A stretch of 64,000 nucleotides of DNA from Takakia lepidozioides (Eukaryota > Plantae > Bryophyta), in NCBI GenBank assembly GCA_030704615.1, contig CM060734.1, positions 7,812,001 to 7,876,000 of the forward strand. Direction: 5' to 3'. A program made the position numbers and the translations under genes. Position 1 is the stretch's first letter. The number at the start of each line of letters is the position of its first letter. The notes beneath the pieces were generated by a model that was not told the origin of the DNA, did no database searches, and saw nothing but the letters and a program-made list of their open reading frames with translations. Below are positions 1-10,974 of this stretch, one piece after another.

Positions 1-900
1 GACAGGCTGTGCCCAGTGGCCTTTGGGGCTGTGACGGGCTGTGCGGGGTTGTGACAGGCTGTGCCCTGAGGCCTGTGGGGCTGTGACGGGCTGTGACAGG
101 CTGTGCCCATGGCCTTTGGGGCTGTGATGGGCTGTGAGGGGCTGTGACAGTGCCTGAGGCCTTTGCGGCTGTGAGGGGCTGTGAGGGGCTGTGACAGGCC
201 GTGCCCATGGCCTTTGGGGCTGTGACGGGCTGTGAGGGGCTATGACAGGCCGTGCCCGAGGCCTTTGGGGCTGTGACGGGCTGAGAGGGGCTGTGACAGG
301 TCGTGCCTGAGGCCTTTGGGGCTGTGACGGGCTGTGAGGGGCTGTGACAGGCCGTGCCTGAGGCCTTTGAGGCTGTGGTGGGCTGTGAGGGGCTGTGACA
401 GGCCGTGCTTGAGGCCTTTGAGGCTGTGGCGGGCTGTGAGGGGCTGTGACAGGCCGTGCGTGAGGCCTTTGGGGCTGTGATGGGCTGTGAGGGGCTGTGA
501 CAGGCCGTGCGTGAGGCCTTTGGGGCTGTGACGGGCTGTGAGGGGCTGTGACAGGCCGTGCCTGAGGCCTTTGAGGCTGTGACGGGCTGTGAGGGGCTGT
601 GACAGGCCGTGCCCATGGCCTTTGGGGCTGTGACGGGCTGTGAGGGGCTGTGACAGGCCGTGCCTGAGGCCTTTGAGGCTGTGACGGGCTGTGAGGGGCT
701 GTGACAGGCCGTGCCCATGGCCTTTGGGGCTGTGACGGGCTGTGAGGGGCTGTGACAGGCCGCGCCTGAGGCCTTTGGGGCTGTGACGGGCTATGAGGGG
801 CTGTGACAGGCTGTGCCTGAGGCCTTTGAGGCTGTGACAAGCTGTGAGGGGCTGTGACAGGCTGTGCCCAGTGGCCTGTGGGACTGTGACGGCTGTGACC
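1..900 (+). repeat. Minisatellite, ~51-bp unit built from ~10-bp GCTGTGAnnG subunits, in the leader of copy A
   Basis: Unit GCTGTGACGGGCTGTGAGGGGCTGTGACAGGCCGTGCCTGAGGCCTTTGGG, with starts e.g. at 321 and 372; roughly 17 copies. Confidence 0.95.
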
Positions 901-1200
901 AGTGAGCTGTGTGGGCCTGTGCTGGTCTGTGGTGGCCCGTGTTGACCTGTGGATGGCCTGTGCTGACTCGTGGAGGCACTGGTGGACTAAGGACTGGCAT
1001 GTGGTCTGGAAGGCCGAATTTTGAAGCTCGTGGAGGGCGGTTTGAGGAGTATCTTCATGATATTCCCATGGTCATGCAAGTTCAGGTGTAGGCTATGTTA
1101 GGAACTTAGTATTCCAAACCATAAGCCGCAACAGGTTCTCTACCCGGTTACCTTGTGGAGAGGGGGTTAGGGACATGTTCATGACCGGTTGAGTGTCAAC

Positions 1201-3875
1201 ACGGAGGTGCCACTAGTTGCTGGGGACAGTGCCGGTTCGAGCACTAGCGATACTAGTGGGTACACGAGACGAGGTGTGCGGTTTAGGCCACCTTCACCTC
1301 CTGTGTCTTCCACAGAAGGTTCTGATTCGGATTGTGAATCAGGAGGGCTCATACCGGCGGTGCAAGTTGTTTCTTTTCCATTATTGTGGGACACAATGGA
1401 GGAGATGTATGGAGCTACCAAGGGGCCACGAAGGTACTCTGGGGCGGTGGGCACCATTGAGTTGGATGATTTTATCCAAGAGTTTGATAGTTGGTGTGAT
1501 TTGCAGCAAATGCGCAATCCACAACTATTTACGCCGTTCATGGCATGGAAAGGGCTATTTCAGCACCTTGAGAGGCCGCCTATGGATGATTACCATGAGT
1601 TCAGGCGGGGGCATGAGGTTGAGATCGAGGAGTGGAGGATGTACTGGTCACCCGACTATGTCTCCATCACTAGGGGCACTAGAGCCACGAGGGCAGTGGC
1701 TACACCTGCCGCTGCACCGGCAGCTTCAGCAAGCAACAGTGGGACTGGTGGTACAGTAGCTACGACGTCCACCCAAGCCACTACCGCACCAGCACTAGCA
1801 CCCGTGCCTGCCTTCAACCCTGTTGTGGAGTTCTTCGAAGAGTTGAGAGGGAACTACCAAGGGGTGAGGACAGAGAAGTTGCGGAGCTTGCAAGAGTTCC
1901 AACGGAAGCCGACCGAGAGCTTGAGGGAGGCTTTCACTCGCATGAGGCGCTTGATAAATGTAACCCAAGGGGTTACGGAAGCTCAGGCAGTCCAATTATG
2001 GGATATTGGACAAGGAGCTGAGGAGAAGGGTGCGGGATGCAACTCTCCTACAAGCGGCCCAACCCACCTTAGCAAATGTGTTTTTGCTGGTAGAGCGGAT
2101 AGAGCTCAACATGGTGGAGGAACGAGTGGTCATGGTGGGATTTGCTAAGGAGACACCACGGGGTAGTGGTGCTCCTAGCCAACCACTACCTCAACGTGCT
2201 CAAGGCACCAAGGGAGCTCAGGTGAAGCTCAGGGAAGGGCAGAGAGGACCTCAAATGCAGGGGTCTCTCCCTTCATTTGCTGGCCAACAACGGGCGGATG
2301 TGGTGTGCTGGACACGTGGAGGACCCCATGTCAAGAAGGATTGCCCAGAGGGAGGCAAAGGGTCGGCACATGCACAGCCTGCACGGTTGCAGTGTGGGCA
2401 TTGTGGCAAGCACGGGCATGGAGAGGCCCAGTGTTATAGTTTGCATCCTGAGTTGCGCCCAGGCCAGTTCCAAGGGAACAATGGTGGCCGGGGGCGAGGT
2501 GGAGCAGCCCAGAGAGGACGAGGTGGCCAGCCACGAGGTGCAGGCCAAGGGCAAGCTCAACGTGGCCAAGGACGCGGAGGTCAGGGTGTTGACCAAGGCA
2601 TGGCCAACCGGCTTCAGCAGCTAGAGCAGAGGCTCGCTGCCATGGCTACAGCTCAGGTGGTACCGGCTCTAAGGCCGGATGGTCCACCTCCTGCTCCTGA
2701 GGGAGGAGATATGGGAGGCATGGGATTCATGTGTGGAGCAGCACTACCACTAGTGCAGGTGGAGTCTGCTGCAGCCGTGACTCGAGGAGCAGCACGAGTT
2801 CCTGAGCCACGAGGTGCAGAGGTGGAGTTGGATCCACAGCGTGGGGAGGCAAGCCATCAGGCTAGGCTTCCTCAGTCATTCACATTGGTGGAGACAGTGT
2901 CGACGCCATCCATGGCACCTAGTTCTCGCCCGACTGTTACCGAGGCGGAGGTCACTATGCCATTGGGGAGAGCTACACGGGTAGCACCACTACCTAGTGT
3001 TGCCAAGGCTACGGCAGCTAGTGTGCTGCTAGGAGCGGCCACATCTGTGTGCCAGGCTCCATTGTTCTCGGCTACCATGATTGCGATGCCGGGGGTAAGA
3101 CCAGCTGAGGTGTTCAGGCTGGCAGCTACACTCTGTGAGAGTGGGGAGGTTACTTCATCTTCTGCGGAGATAGTGGGAGGTGTAGCGCCGGAGGGATCCT
3201 CGGATTTGAGGGTCAATGGCAAGCTGCAGCTGCCAGGTTGATGGAGCTGCCAGCTAGGCCAGCCATTGAGCGCGCCATGGTGACACCTGGAGTTGTCATG
3301 TTAGACAACCAGGATGGCATTTTCTATTTGAGTGGACCGGCAGGCAAGAGGTACCGGCCACTGCGAGTCTTGTTGGACTCGGGAGCTCAGCCACTGATGC
3401 TGGGCAGAGCTGCTATTGCAGGCTTGGGCCTCACGGAGGCGGATATGGAGCCTTGTCCTTTCTAGATACAGACGTCTCTGGGAGGATCGGAGCAGGCTCG
3501 GGGCATGACACGGCATGAGTTGGCTATCAGACTACGGCCAGATCACCCTACAGATGGCTCAGTGATGCGAGCCAAGGCCATTGTGACAGACGCAGTCTCA
3601 TACGATGTCCTGGTTGGTGGGGCAGTGTTGTACCCCATGGGCTTCACCCTGGATTTTTGGGACGAGTCAGCTTCCTATAGGCCTGCATGGCAGTCAGGGG
3701 AGGGCCGGCGTGCGCAGCTCCCTGTGACGTTCATAGGAGGAGTTGCGGTTGCCCAGCGAGGCAAGATGCCGACACTAGCAGCATTCACAGCGGCAGTGAG
3801 TTGGCCTAGAGAGTTGCTTGAGGGCAATGCTCATTCAGAGGATGTACCACCTCCGGGAGAGCAAGATGACATGAC
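1201..3875 (+). pseudogene. gag: gag + aspartic protease of copy A (frameshifted)
   Basis: ORFs 1189-2148, 2006-3241, 3238-3465 and 3505-4359 join into one frame when compared with B and C. Lesions: 4-nt deletion at ~2000, ~19-nt deletion at ~3215, CAG>TAG at 3463, 5-nt ATGAC duplication at ~3871. Knuckle CGHCGKHGHGEAQC; protease VLLDSGAQP. Confidence 0.88.
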
Positions 3876-5030
3876 ATGTATGGTATGGCGGAGTTGCCTA
3901 CCATGGTTGCTCAGACTCCATTGTGGGGCACGAGCAAGGATTTGCAGCAGGATGCTGATCGACGGGTGCAACAAGCCTGGGTGGAGGCTTTTGTACCGTC
4001 AGGAGAGGAGGAGAGTGTGGGGATTGCACCAGGACCACCTCAATTGTCTCCATTGGACACCATACCTATTGTGTGGCAGTCTCCGGATGAAGGCATTTGT
4101 CTTCTGGACTTGTTTGGCGGGATCAGCACCGGATTGGCTGCTGTGTTACAGGCAGGTGTACGAGTTCGGCGTTACCTGTATGTGGAGAGGGATGAGACTG
4201 CACGACGCGTTTCACTTCGTCATGTTGCTCAGTTGGTGCAGCGGTACCCTGAGTTGTTGTCGGTGTCTGCAATTCGTGGATATCAGCAGGCCTTGCCAGC
4301 AGACATTTCGTTGCTGGGGGCGCAGGATTTGGAGCGGGTTGGCTCCATTGATCTGGTAGTGAATGGTTGGCCCTGCCAAGGGCATTCATCAGCCGGGCAT
4401 GGCAATGGATTGCGAGACTCGAGGTCGGGTCTGTTTTGGGAGATGGTGCGGGTTTTGCGCCACTTGCAGCTTCATCAAGCTGTATCTCCAGCATACATCT
4501 TGGAGAATGTGCCACTGATGGGCGATTCTCGGGCCAGGGTGATGGCCAGTGTGCATCAAGTCCGGTCGTGGCTTGGGTCAGCAGTGTTGCTGGATGCAGC
4601 TACAGTGGGGTCACGGGCTCATCGTCCACGGCTATGGTGGACTAACATGATGCCACCCGCACTGCTCAAGCGTGCATTTGATGGGGTGCAGCGGCCAGCA
4701 TATCTCACAGTGGATAACATTCTGGACACAGGGAGGCAGTCTCAACGTGTGAGACACGATGACCGTTCGCCTTTGGCAGTGGTCAACAAGGTGGGTCAAC
4801 CACAAGCAGCATTACCTACACTGCTCAGCTTCCCAGGATCGCATGCTTTCCGGGATAGTGGACCTGGCCTCCTGTGGGATGCTCAGTTGCAGCAGTTAGT
4901 GGAGCCTAATGCTGACGAGCGTGAGCGGGCAATGGGTTTTACCACTGGTACCACGGCGGTGTCGTCTCTTTCTGAGGCATCACGTCGTCAAGTGTTGGGG
5001 CAAGCAATGGATCTCAATTGCTTGACCTAG
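3876..5030 (+). CDS. DNMT3-like C5 cytosine methyltransferase domain (uninterrupted 384-codon frame inside the element polyprotein)
   Basis: Motifs in linear order: I LLDLFGGISTG, II YVERD, III ADISLL, IV GWPCQ (catalytic PC at 4371-4376), V LFWEMVRVL, VI YILENV, VIII AHRPRLWWTN, IX ERERAMGF, X RRQVLGQAM. Confidence 0.92.
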   Translation: MYGMAELPTMVAQTPLWGTSKDLQQDADRRVQQAWVEAFVPSGEEESVGIAPGPPQLSPLDTIPIVWQSPDEGICLLDLFGGISTGLAAVLQAGVRVRRYLYVERDETARRVSLRHVAQLVQRYPELLSVSAIRGYQQALPADISLLGAQDLERVGSIDLVVNGWPCQGHSSAGHGNGLRDSRSGLFWEMVRVLRHLQLHQAVSPAYILENVPLMGDSRARVMASVHQVRSWLGSAVLLDAATVGSRAHRPRLWWTNMMPPALLKRAFDGVQRPAYLTVDNILDTGRQSQRVRHDDRSPLAVVNKVGQPQAALPTLLSFPGSHAFRDSGPGLLWDAQLQQLVEPNADERERAMGFTTGTTAVSSLSEASRRQVLGQAMDLNCLT

Positions 5031-5340
5031 GATTATCAGCTTGGCTCTAGCTGAGCAACGCAGAGTGCGGAATACACTTCCCTCAATGGTCTCTCTGCCT
5101 ACCGAGACGGTACAGGCAGTGAGTGGGGGCGAGCATATGAGGACCACGGGGTGCATGCATCCATGGCACACGTGGGAGGTGCTCGAGGTTCAGAGGGAGT
5201 TGGCAGCCAAGGCGGCTGTGATGGATGAGGTTGGGGATTCTTCTCGAGTTGAGGAGGTCCTCAAGGATGAGATGATGGGGCAGGATGATGCCTTGTCATT
5301 GACTGAGCAGGTAGGGAGTACTGCTCAAGAGGTTGCAGCA

Positions 5341-5349
5341 TAGCAACCA
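5341..5349 (+). other. Putative stop-codon readthrough site TAG CAA CCA between ORF1 (gag-PR-DNMT) and in-frame RT
   Basis: Matches UAG-CAR-YYA. Same site in B (9805-9797, TAG CAA CCA) and C (42718-42726, TAA CAA CCA). The frame after the stop is open into RT in A and B. Confidence 0.72.
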
Positions 5350-6390
5350 CGGGACGCGTCCTCTACCTCTAAGCCCACTGGACTTAAGGTTGTAGTTACG
5401 GAGGACAATTGGGAGCCTGACATTGGACCCATTGTCACCGGAGGAGAGAGACGACATATACGGCGGTTCCTGAGGGCTTACAGGAATTGCTTTGCCTTCA
5501 GTTTGAAGGACTTGGGAGCACTGAAGGGTCAAGAGATCCGTATTGAGTTGGCCACTGACACGCCAATCTTTCGGAGACCCTATAGATACAGTGACATGGA
5601 GAGGTCTTTGATTCAGATGAGGACTCAAGATCTCTGGGAGGCAGGTTTGGTGGAGCTCTCTGGTGGAGAGTATGCTTCAGCCACAGTGATGCCAGCCAAG
5701 AAGGATGTCTATGGCAATTGGACGGAGAGACGTATGTGCGGTGATTACCGGCCTGTAAATCGTCAGACCAAGTCCGATAAGTATGCCATGCCAACACCAG
5801 AGGAGATCTTTGATGCCATCGGGCATGCTAAGGCCTTTAGCACTTTGGATTTACGATCCAGATATCACCAGTTGCCAATCAAGGAGGCGGACAAGCAGAA
5901 GACGGCATTCTGGGGGATCAATGAGCACGGCAAGGATTGCCTATATCAGTGGCGGTTCTTACCATTTGGGCTTAAGAATGCTCATGCAGAGTTTCAGAGA
6001 GTCATGGATAGGATTCTAGCAGGGGTGGACTTTGCTCGGTGCTACATAGATGACATCATCATCTTTAGTGTTACGATGGAGGAGCATGTGAGACACCTTC
6101 AGGTGGTATTGGAGCGCTTGAGAGCGCACGGATTGAAGTTGCATCCGGGGAAGTGCAAGTTTTTCCACAACCAGATTGAGTATCTGGGTCACATGATATA
6201 TCCTGGAGGATTGGGGGTACAGCAGACTAAGGTAGAGGCCATTGCACAAATTCCACGCCCCACGGATGTGAGCCGAGTTCGAGCTTTCATGGGGTTGGCA
6301 AACTATTATAGACGGTTTGTCAAGGGATTTAGTACCATTGCAAACGCTCTAACCAAGCTGACCAAGGTGGACCAGGAGTGGCAGTGGGAG
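5344..6390 (+). pseudogene. pol: Reverse transcriptase of copy A (Ty3/Gypsy-type), truncated before RNase H
   Basis: RMCGDYRPVN, FSTLDLRSRYHQ, LPFGLKNA, CYIDDII, YLGH, FMGLANYYRRFV. Confidence 0.93.
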
Positions 6391-7184
6391 CATGAAGGGC
6401 AAGCCTGGCAGCTCTGGAAAAGGGAAGAGGTCCATGGTTTCATTGTCAAAGGTGGAATTGTACCTGATGTGATTCTGAACAATGCCCTCGTGGACATGTA
6501 CGCCAAATGTGGGGGCATCAAGGGCAAGCCTGCCAGCTCTGGAAAATGGAAGATCGGGTCTATGGTTTCATTGTCAAAGCTTGCATTGTACGTGATTGTG
6601 ATTTTGGACAATGCCCTCGTGGACATGTATGCCAAACATGGGAGCATCAATGGCAAGCCTGCCAGCTCTGGAAAAGGTTCCGATCAGGTCCATGGTTTCA
6701 TTGTCAAAGCTAGAATTGTACCTGACTGTGATTCTGGACAATGCCCTCGTGGACATGTATGCCAAATGTGGGAGCATCAAGGGCAAGCCTGGCAGCTCTG
6801 GAAAAGGGAAGAGGTCCATGGTTTCATTTGTCAAAGCTGGAATTATACCTGATGTGATTCTGGACAATGCCCTCATGGACATGTATGCCAAATGTGTCAG
6901 CATGAAGGGCAAACCTGGCAGTTCTGGAAAAGGGAAGAGGTCCATGGTTTCATTGTCAAAGGTGGAATTGTACCTGATGTGATTCTGAACAATGCCCTCG
7001 TGGACATGTACGCCAAATGTGGGAGCATCAAGGGCAAGCTTGCCAGCTCTGGAAAAGGGAAGATCAGGTCCATGGTTTCATTGTCAAAGCTGGAATTGTA
7101 CCTGATTGTGATTCTGGACAGTGCCCTCGTGGACATGTATGCCAAATGTGCGAGCATCAAGGATGCGAAGGCAGTTTTCCAACA
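6384..7184 (+). repeat. Tandem array of six 125-130-bp units derived from a PLS-class PPR gene fragment
   Basis: Units start at ~6384, 6509, 6638, 6768, 6894 and 7019. Each encodes LEKGKEVHGFIVKAGIVPDVILDNALVDMYAKCGSIK-like text with frameshifts. The last unit continues into DAKAVF. Confidence 0.9.
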
Positions 7185-8241
7185 CTATGGCTCTTGGAGT
7201 GATTTTGACATGTACCAGTAGAGGGGAGAAAGTGGGGCCCTCAGCAGACGAGTTGAAAAGCACTAGTTAAAAAACACTGGTGCTTGATAGGGTGTGGCAA
7301 AATTCAGGCTGGGGCGATCATTGATATCCCGGACGTAGTGTAAAAAAGACGGTTGTGAGTGAAGTACACCCGTCAAAAAAAAACCCTGCTGTCTCAAAAA
7401 GGGAGCCAGTCACAAAGAGCAAGGCACTTTGTCCAAGCTTCTCGACATCAAGCAACAATGTGGACAGGGAGGTAGTCATTGGGAACAATTTTTGTAAGGT
7501 GGTGAAGAAAGCCTTGTCTGAGGATCACTGGATATTTCTCTAGTACGGTTGGACTAGTAGAGATTGAAATTCGTGCTCAGCTCAGCTTCAGACTGTCTCA
7601 TTGTGAGGGGCCTAGGGTTGTTGTGCACATGCGCCTACGCCCTCTCTGCTGCGTGTCCCGAACTGCATGTCAAGGTTGACTGGACAGAAATGGGATTGAC
7701 ATTTTTGGCGCTCACAAATCTCTGAGACGACAAGAGATAGTTTTATCTATAGCTTCTCAAAGCAATTGTTGTACATTGTTGATTATAGTGTGACATTCTC
7801 ATAACGATATTGTCGTCAGCTGCATGAGCAGTGCATCTTTTTGGATTGTTGGTTCCCTGCCCTTGCAGCAAACTATGAGTGCCGCCGCACCCCAAAATGT
7901 CCCAACTCCTCATGGGCATGGCGTACCAATCGCACTCGTTGTGTTGGATGAGGCACAATCCTCACTCGTCCATCCTCCCACACCCAGAGTAGGTGAGTCC
8001 CTTCCCACTTGAACCTCTTGGCTCGTTATAGGATCCGATCTCTTTCCTTAGCAGTCACACTGGCTGTTGTCTCTCATGTACGAAGATAGGCCAACACTGC
8101 TGCATCTTCATGCACATCCTTAGCACCACCAAGCTCCTCACTGATCTCCGGATCGTCATGCACACCATCTACTTGACCAATGCTATGGGATGGACCAGCT
8201 TGAGCTCCCATTGCTAGGATGCACAAAAAGGCAGATGTATG

Positions 8242-9802
8242 TCATCCTGGCACCATCTCCTCATATGTCTCACCATGCCACCAAACTCTAGTATCATCAT
8301 GCTCTGGATTACGACTCAATCCATCTGCATCCCGATTGACAATACCGGCTCGATGCACCACCTGGAAGTCGTACTCTTGAAGCATAAGTGCCCACCATGC
8401 AAGCTTCCCTGTAAACTTGTCTGACTCTATCAACCACTTCAATGGTTGGTGATCTGTGACAAGGGTGAAGAGATTGACATAGAGGTAGCATCTGAAATGT
8501 GCCACTGCCCATACCGCAGCTAGACACTCCCCTTCATATGAACTATACTTCGCCTCGGCATCATTGTTCGAGTGGCTAGCATATGCCACTACGAACTCTC
8601 TTCCCTCATCATCCACCTGTGTGAGCACTGCTCCAATCCCCAACATACTCCAATCCGTATGTAGCTGAAAAGACCGCCCCCGAATACACCGCCTCAGAAT
8701 AGGTGCAGAAGTCAATCGAGCCTTGAGTTCCTCAAAGGCTTCCTCCTGTTCCTCCTCCCACTGCCACTCCTGACCCACCTTGGTCAACTTGGTAAGAGCC
8801 TTTACAATGCTGCTAAATCCTTTGACAAACCGTCGATAGTAGTTTGCCAACCCCATGAAAGCAGGAACTATGCTAACATCTATGGGGCGTGGAATGCGTG
8901 GAATGGCCTCCACCTTCGTCTTTTGAACACCCAATCCTCCAGGGTATATCATGTGGCCCAGATACTCAATCTGGTTGTGGAAGAACTTGCACTTCCCAGG
9001 GTGCAATTTCAACCCGTGCGTTCTGAAGCACTCAAACATTACCTGAAGGTGTCTCTCATGCTCCTCAACCGTAGCACTAAAGACGATGATGCCATCAATG
9101 TAGCACCGGGCGAAGTCTAGCCCCGCGAGAATCCTATCCATGACCCTCTGAAACTCTGCAGGAGCATTCTTCAGCCCAAACGGTAAGAACCGCCATTGGT
9201 ACAAGCAATCCTTCCCATATTGGTCAATCCCCCAGAATGCCGTCTTTTGCTTATCATCCTTTTTTGATTGGCAACTGGTGGTAACCGGATCGCAAGTCCA
9301 ATGTGCTAAACACCTTTGCATGCCCAATGGCATCAAAGATCTCCTCTGGAGTTGGCATGACATATCTATCGGACTTAGTCTGACGGCTCACAGGACGATA
9401 GTCCCCATACATCCTTCTTTCTGTCTAATTGCCATAGATATCCTTCTTAGCTGGCATCACCGTTGCCGAGGCATACTCCCCGCCTGACAACTCCACAAAT
9501 CCAGCTTCGAACAACTCCATAGTCCGTGACTGGATCAATAACCTCTCCATGTCACTATACCGGTAGGGCCTTCGAAAGATTGGCGTGTCACTTGCCAAAT
9601 AAATACGAATCTCCTGACCCTTCAAACTCCCCAAATCCTTCAAACCAAAGGCAAAGCAATTTCTATAAGCCCTTAGAAATCGCTGGATCCTCCATCTCTC
9701 TCCTCCGGTGACTGTAGGTCCAACATCTGGTTCCCAATTGTCCTCAGTGACTGCAACCTTGGGTACACCAGGCTTGGAGGTAGGAGATGAATCCTTTGGT
9801 TG
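8242..9802 (-). pseudogene. pol: RT-RNase H of copy B
   Basis: LPFGLKNAPAEFQ, CYIDG (degenerate YIDD), RNase H LHTDWS...EGECLA...LVTDHQPL...NRDADGLSR; stops and frameshifts present. Confidence 0.92.
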
Positions 9803-10199
9803 CTAGATAGCAACCTCTTGGGCCTTGTCTGCCCAATCTGACTGTGGCGTAGCCTCCACTTGCTCCGCCATAGCCACCTTGAGAACATCCTCTGAGCAAG
9901 AAACATTCTCAACCTCTTCAAAAACATTGGCCACTTTTGCTTCTAACTGATCCTTAGTGTATGGCTCTCCCCACTCTTCATATTGCTGCTTGAGAGATCC
10001 AAGGGCTATCTCTTTGTGCATCTCATCCCACATCTGCCATGGGTGTTTGCAACCCACGATCTTGTGCTCGCCCCCACTCACTGCCTCAACCGTCCCGGTT
10101 GGCAGGGAGGATGCACCATCCAATGGGAGTGTAGAAGTAGCCATCAATGCTTGCAATCTCCGTTGCTCAACCATGCACAAGCCAATTATCCATGTCAAG

Positions 10200-10970
10200 C
10201 AATTTAGATCCATTGCCTAACCCAACACTTGGCATCGTGATGCCTCTGACAGAGCTGTAGTGCCCGTGGCAAACCCCATTGCCCGCTCGCGCTCATCCGC
10301 ATTGGGCTCCACCAATTGCTGTAGCACACTGTCCCAAATCAACCCAAGACCATTGTCTCGAAAAGCATGAGACGAGGGAAAGCTCATGAGCGTAGGCAAG
10401 GCTGTACGTGGCTGCCCCACTCGATTGACCACTGCTAGAGGTGGACAGTCATCATGTCGCACCCTCTGTGGTTGCCTCCCTTGGTCCAAAATGCCCTCAA
10501 CCGTGAGATTGGGTGGCCGTTGAATGGAATCATATGCTCTCTTGAGCAGCTCTGGTGGTGCAAGATTGGTCCACCACAATCGAGGTCGATGCGCACGTGA
10601 TCCCACCGCTGCTGCATCCAATAGCACCGGTGATCCAATCCAAGACTACACCTGATGCACACTGGCCATAACCCTGGCCTGAGAGTCCCCCATAAGAGGA
10701 ACATTCTCCAAGATATAGGCTAGAGGTTGCACTTGCCTTGTCTGCAAGTCACGCAACACTCTCAACATCTCCCAAAACAAATGTGATCGTGCATCATGCA
10801 AGCCATTCCCATGACCTGCGGGAGAGTGTCATTGGCAAGGCCATCCAACTATCACCAAATCAATGGCACCATGCCGGTCCAAATCATCCGCCCCCAACAA
10901 GGTAAATGTCTGTTGGCAAGGCCTTTTGATTCCCTTGAATTGCTGAGAGAGGCAACAACTTAGAATACCG
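10200..10970 (-). pseudogene. Partial C5-MTase domain of copy B (motifs I-II removed by an ~780-bp deletion from the protease)
   Basis: GWPCQ*, YILENV, RAHRPRLWWTN, ERERAMGF and QVLG*AMDL are present. Junction at ~10975 joins LEPCP directly to the region after motif II. Confidence 0.88.
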
Positions 10971-10974
10971 GTGT

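Larger units (their letters stand above)
1..6390 (+). mobile_element. DNMT-carrying Ty3/Gypsy-like retroelement, copy A (5' end outside window; 3'-truncated at the end of RT)
   Basis: Collinear with copies B and C: leader minisatellite, gag, two Cys/His knuckles, protease (LLDSGA), C5-MTase and RT (YIDD). Homology ends at GTGGGAG 6384-6390. Confidence 0.93.

Noticed and set aside
1-900. CRISPR-like array
   Set aside because: The units are contiguous with no unique spacers and the context is a eukaryotic TE; it is a minisatellite.
3876-5030. Host DRM/DNMT3 gene or bacterial restriction-modification contamination
   Set aside because: Intronless, lies within the element polyprotein between PR and RT in three copies, motif order is not DRM-permuted, no partner nuclease, and flanks are plant sequence.
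5503-6852. Functional RT-PPR fusion protein (449-aa ORF)
   Set aside because: The frame drifts in and out of the PPR reading frame across units of non-triplet length; it is an accidental junction.
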